Assembly (NCBI GenBank): GCA_003056085.1
Contig: LSNK01000003.1
Coordinates: 2,744-66,743 of the forward strand
DNA from: Parcubacteria group bacterium M6-OD1-1
GTDB taxonomy: Bacteria > Patescibacteriota > Minisyncoccia > GWC2-36-17 > M10-OD1-4
Direction: 5' to 3'
Length of the DNA stretch: 64,000 nt
A program made the position numbers and the translations under genes. Shown one piece after another: positions 60,544 through 64,000 of this stretch (position 1 is its first letter; the number at the start of each line of letters is the position of its first letter). The notes beneath the pieces are model-generated. The model had not been told where the DNA came from. It searched no databases and worked only from the letters and a program-made list of their open reading frames with translations.

Positions 60544-61305
60544 TTACTGATTTTTCTCTCCCAGTTTTTTTTCTATTTTTTCAAGTTTTTCTAAAATTTC
60601 ATCCATTTTAGAAGCTTCGTCTTCGCCTCCTACAAATTTTGACATTTTTAAATTTCCTACACTAATTCCTTCACCTCTTTTCATAAAAAAAGAAACTGCT
60701 CCTGCAACTATAATAGAGAATAAGGCAAAACCCAAAGTCATTAAAAAGATTGCTATTATCCTGCCCCCAAATGTTATAGGAAATTTATCTCCATAACCCA
60801 AGGTCGAAAATGTAACAAATCCCCACCAAACGGCATCTTCAAATGTTTTTATATTAGAAGCAGGATCTATTCTTTCAAAAAATAGAACGACATCTGCGGA
60901 AATTAAAATAATAACTATAGTGACAATAAAAAAATAAAGAAAGTTTAATTTTTGTGATTTAAAAAATTTTAAAAACTCATCAGACACTAAAAGAATTGGT
61001 GTTCTTAAAAGATGGAAAATTTTAAAACTCCTAAAAATTGGAGCTAAAACAACGAGAACATCAAGCCAGTTTTCTCTCATATAACCAAATTTATTTTTTG
61101 CAAGATACAGTTTTGAAAAAAATTCCATAGTAAAAACCAACCATAAAGCAACATAGTAAATATTAAAATAAGCTAAAGTTGCAGGATCAATTCCTATAAA
61201 AAACTCTGCAATAAGCATAGGAATAAGCGGTAATGATGCTATTAAAAGCAAAGAATCAAACCTTTTAATAAACTCTCTTAATTTTACTTTTTTAATATAT
61301 TTCAT
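60544..61305 (-). CDS. Potassium channel (ion-transport family with TLGYGD selectivity filter)
   Basis: WWGFVTFSTLGYGDKFPIT; 5-6 TM; 253 aa. Confidence 0.75.
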   Translation of the reverse strand: MKYIKKVKLREFIKRFDSLLLIASLPLIPMLIAEFFIGIDPATLAYFNIYYVALWLVFTMEFFSKLYLAKNKFGYMRENWLDVLVVLAPIFRSFKIFHLLRTPILLVSDEFLKFFKSQKLNFLYFFIVTIVIILISADVVLFFERIDPASNIKTFEDAVWWGFVTFSTLGYGDKFPITFGGRIIAIFLMTLGFALFSIIVAGAVSFFMKRGEGISVGNLKMSKFVGGEDEASKMDEILEKLEKIEKKLGEKNQ

Positions 61306-61336
61306 AGAAAAATAAATAAACTTTTAATTTATAATT

Positions 61337-63049
61337 TTAAGTAGCCTCATGTCTTGGATGTTCGTGACCGGCTTTTAATCTTTTGTTTAGATTTTCTATA
61401 TGACTGTCTCTTTCTTCTAAAAACTTACTGAGATCAAGTCCATGTTTTTTTATCATTGCAGACACGTGATACCCCCCAAGAAAATGAGGAAGTAAAACAT
61501 AAGTAGCTCCCGCATCATACAACTTCATCGCTTCATCAATCTGATGAGACACAACTGTTATTATAGCATTTTTATTGGACTCTCTGATTTTACTTATAAG
61601 CAGTAAGTTTGTATCTAATTTTGGAATCGTTGAAACAGCCATTTTTATACTTCCAAGATTCAGCTCATTTAGAAGTTCTACATCATCCGCATCTCCATAC
61701 TCACACCTTATGCCGTCATCAGATAATTTTTGAATAATTTCCGGATTATAATCCAAAACTAAAAACTTTTTCTTTATTTTTTTAAATGTTTCCAAAACAT
61801 CGTATCCTATTCTGTCATATCCGAATAAAATTATATCATAAACACAATCCTGATAATTTTCGCTTTCATCTACTTTTTTTCCTTTTCTTTCAAATACACT
61901 TAAGTACTTTGATAAATAAGGATATATCTTATCTGCATACAAAATAAGATATGTAGATCCGGCAATAGTTATCAGCCCAACTGAAGTTACAATGGAAAGA
62001 ACCGCCTCTGTTACATGTCCGATACTAACCCCTAAAGCAACAAAAATTAAAGAAAATTCACTTATTTGAGCAACCGTAAGCCCAGCCATAAAACCCGTCC
62101 TTTTTGTATAGCCAAGCATACCCATCACTATCATAACTATAACAGGATTTCCTATTAGAATAAATGCTGAAAATACCAAAATAGGAATAATGTATTGACT
62201 TATATCCGTAAAAACCAATTGAGACCCGAGCATTATAAAAAATAGAATAATAAAGAAATCGCGTAATGGTCTCATTTTAGAACTTATTTCATAACGATAC
62301 GGCGATGTCGCAAGAGTAATACCGGCAAGAAATGCGCCTATTTCAATAGAAAGACCAAGATAATAAGAAAAAGAAGCCAACGCCAAAGACCAGCTAATGG
62401 CAAATAAAAGCAAAAATTCTTGAGACTTTGCAGCAGCTTTTGTAATTATTGGCAATATATAAAATCCAACAAGAAATATGGCTATTAGAAATCCTATACC
62501 CTTCAACACAACTTCGGACATTATGGACATAACGCTAAAATCTCCCGCGATAGAAGGAACTATCATTAAAATAACAATGACTATCAAATCTTGTATCAAT
62601 AAAAACCCAATGGAAATTTTGCCGTACAAGCTTTTCATATCCCCCTTATCTGAAAGAAGTTTTGTTATTATTATTGTGCTTGAAAATGTTAAAGCTATTG
62701 CAATATAAATTGAGGTTACAATAGGAAAGCCCATAGCCATAGAAATAAGAAATCCGACTATGGAAGTAAATATAACCTGACCTACTCCGGTTATCAAAGA
62801 CACTTTTCCAACATCTTTGATAATTTTTGGATTTAAACTCAATCCAACAGTAAAAAGCAATAACGCTATACCTATGTGCGCAAAGGCTCCGATGGTTTCA
62901 TCTGACTTAATAATATTAAGCATTGATGGACCAACAAAAATTCCCGTTATTATATAACTTATAATAAGAGGTTGCTTAAAAAGCCTAACTATTCCGGCAA
63001 TAATAGCAGTTGCGACAATGATTATACTTATTTCTACAAAAACTTCCAT
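61337..63049 (-). CDS. CPA2-family cation/proton antiporter (Kef-type) with C-terminal TrkA-N/RCK domain
   Basis: About 12 TM N-terminal region; C-terminal IILFGYDRIGYDVLETF Rossmann (RCK) domain; 570 aa. Confidence 0.8.
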   Translation of the reverse strand: MEVFVEISIIIVATAIIAGIVRLFKQPLIISYIITGIFVGPSMLNIIKSDETIGAFAHIGIALLLFTVGLSLNPKIIKDVGKVSLITGVGQVIFTSIVGFLISMAMGFPIVTSIYIAIALTFSSTIIITKLLSDKGDMKSLYGKISIGFLLIQDLIVIVILMIVPSIAGDFSVMSIMSEVVLKGIGFLIAIFLVGFYILPIITKAAAKSQEFLLLFAISWSLALASFSYYLGLSIEIGAFLAGITLATSPYRYEISSKMRPLRDFFIILFFIMLGSQLVFTDISQYIIPILVFSAFILIGNPVIVMIVMGMLGYTKRTGFMAGLTVAQISEFSLIFVALGVSIGHVTEAVLSIVTSVGLITIAGSTYLILYADKIYPYLSKYLSVFERKGKKVDESENYQDCVYDIILFGYDRIGYDVLETFKKIKKKFLVLDYNPEIIQKLSDDGIRCEYGDADDVELLNELNLGSIKMAVSTIPKLDTNLLLISKIRESNKNAIITVVSHQIDEAMKLYDAGATYVLLPHFLGGYHVSAMIKKHGLDLSKFLEERDSHIENLNKRLKAGHEHPRHEAT

Positions 63050-63076
63050 ATCCTGATAGTGATTTGAACTATTTTT

Positions 63077-63724
63077 TTATTTTAAATAAGCTCTATTTAT
63101 TAGATCTCCTTTTTTTATAGACAAAACTACATCCATTCCATTTATAACTTTGCCAAAAACAGGATGTTTGCTTGCGGAAGGCTCTTTGTCAAAATCAAGA
63201 TAAACATTATCCACTGTGTTTATAAAAAACTGCGACCCGCCTGTATTTGGTCCCGAGTTTGCCATGGAAATTGTTCCTTTTATATTTGAGAGCCCGTCTA
63301 CAAACTCATCTTCAATTGCATATCCCGGACCTCCTGTCCCCCATAAAGCTTCGTTTGATTTATCTTTTGAAATAGGGTCTCCTCCCTGTACCATAAAGTT
63401 GTCAATTACTCTGTGAAATCTGGTGCCGTCATAAAACTTCTCCTCTACCAACTTTTTAAAATTCCCCGCTGTAATCGGCATTTTATCTAAAAATAATTCT
63501 ATTTCAATATTTCCTTTTTCTGTTTCAAAAACAACAGTGGAATTTCCCACTTCACTTTTAGAAACTTGCTTTGGAGCTTCATTGATAACATTTTCTTCTT
63601 TTTTTTGTGAATTCATAAAAAAATATAACCCGCCAATAATTAATATTAATACTAAAAGCCCCAAAATGGACTTTGAATTTGAATTTTCCTGCATTTGATT
63701 TTTAAAGATTAATGATATATTCAT
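63077..63724 (-). CDS. ppiB: Cyclophilin-type peptidyl-prolyl cis-trans isomerase (membrane-anchored/secreted)
   Basis: FHRVIDNFMVQGGDP, GTGGPGYAIEDEF, FGKVINGMDVV; N-terminal TM. Confidence 0.85.
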   Translation of the reverse strand: MNISLIFKNQMQENSNSKSILGLLVLILIIGGLYFFMNSQKKEENVINEAPKQVSKSEVGNSTVVFETEKGNIEIELFLDKMPITAGNFKKLVEEKFYDGTRFHRVIDNFMVQGGDPISKDKSNEALWGTGGPGYAIEDEFVDGLSNIKGTISMANSGPNTGGSQFFINTVDNVYLDFDKEPSASKHPVFGKVINGMDVVLSIKKGDLINRAYLK

Positions 63725-63884
63725 CTATATTAGCATACCCAAATTAAGCTTTCAATAAATTTATTTAAATAAGCCTTAAAACACTAACTTTAAGACTCAA
63801 CCGCCAAGTGAGCATTAAGAGGTTTGAATATTTGGCAAAAAGTGATAATATCAATAGACTTACTGCATAATAAAGTCTAAACAT

Positions 63885-64000
63885 ATGGAAAAAGATCAAT
63901 TATACAAAATACGGCATTCTTTAGCGCATCTTCTTGCTATAGCTGTATTGGAGCATGTGTGTCCACTTACCAAAATAGCGATAGGACCCGTCATTGATGA
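63885..64000 (+). CDS. thrS: Threonyl-tRNA synthetase, 5' end (partial; short form lacking N-terminal TGS/editing domains)
   Basis: MEKDQLYKIRHSLAHLLAIAVLEHVCPLTKIAIGPVIDD matches the ThrRS catalytic-core entry motif (RHSxAHLL...IGPxIxxGFYYD); runs off the window. Confidence 0.6.
   Translation, partial: MEKDQLYKIRHSLAHLLAIAVLEHVCPLTKIAIGPVID

Overview
This is a low-GC (about 30%), gene-dense bacterial segment in which almost every gene sits on the minus strand. Its content points to a streamlined Candidate Phyla Radiation / Patescibacteria (Parcubacteria-like) genome, based on an archaeal/eukaryal-type AspRS, a class III RNR, a bacterial Elp3 homologue, short IF2/MetRS/ThrRS forms, Lys/Glu-rich tails on L19/S1/FtsH, and many very long perfect terminator hairpins.

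Housekeeping content, in window order:
- An F-type ATP synthase operon (atpC, D, G, A, H, F plus an odd c-like gene, with no a-subunit).
- infB-rbfA, then tRNA-Cys and tRNA-Leu(TAA), then nrdG-nrdD.
- A 3D-domain protein, a DedA-family protein and a BtpA-like protein.
- A minus-strand tRNA cluster (Gly, Phe, Val, Leu), then rplS, rluD-like and trpS.
- A dTDP-sugar/glycosyltransferase block (GT2, rmlA-like, rmlD-like, rmlB, GT2), then tyrS.
- An IS200-like tnpA remnant, tRNA-Val(GAC), aspS (archaeal type) and tRNA(UAU).
- ftsH and rpsA; an SPFH-like protein plus a membrane protein on the plus strand.
- An orphan ABC solute-binding protein, gyrA, an MBL-fold hydrolase, tatD and metG.
- A small wHTH/Cas2-like gene, rsmI, an AI-2E permease, a methyltransferase and elp3 (plus strand).
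- murD, thiI, a K+ channel, a CPA2/TrkA antiporter, a cyclophilin, and the 5' end of thrS.

Most notable findings:
- An apparent pilus-like module at 39.6-46.8 kb. Four signal-peptide small proteins (one internally duplicated) carry TrbC/VirB2-like hydrophobic hairpins. They sit directly downstream of a 1191-aa secreted, Cys-rich, PKD-containing protein whose C-terminus is the same pilin-like hairpin. An orphan solute-binding protein is translationally coupled to that giant gene.
- A more than 2266-aa minus-strand gene that runs off the 5' edge of the window (1..6800). It has an excisionase-type HTH N-terminus, a Lys-rich linker, a TM helix, and an extracellular body built from GIGTTSPYAKLSV tail-fibre-like repeats, Hep_Hag/YadA-head-like repeats and a Thr/Asp/Ser-rich tail.

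Other oddities:
- 41-bp perfect direct repeats bracket nrdDG, one copy abutting tRNA-Leu.
- Three perfect 20-28-bp-stem hairpins share an AC-GGTC-GT loop core.
- A GC-rich repeated element occurs in two inverted copies next to tRNAs.
- There are duplicated tRNA fragments and a tRNA with anticodon UAU.
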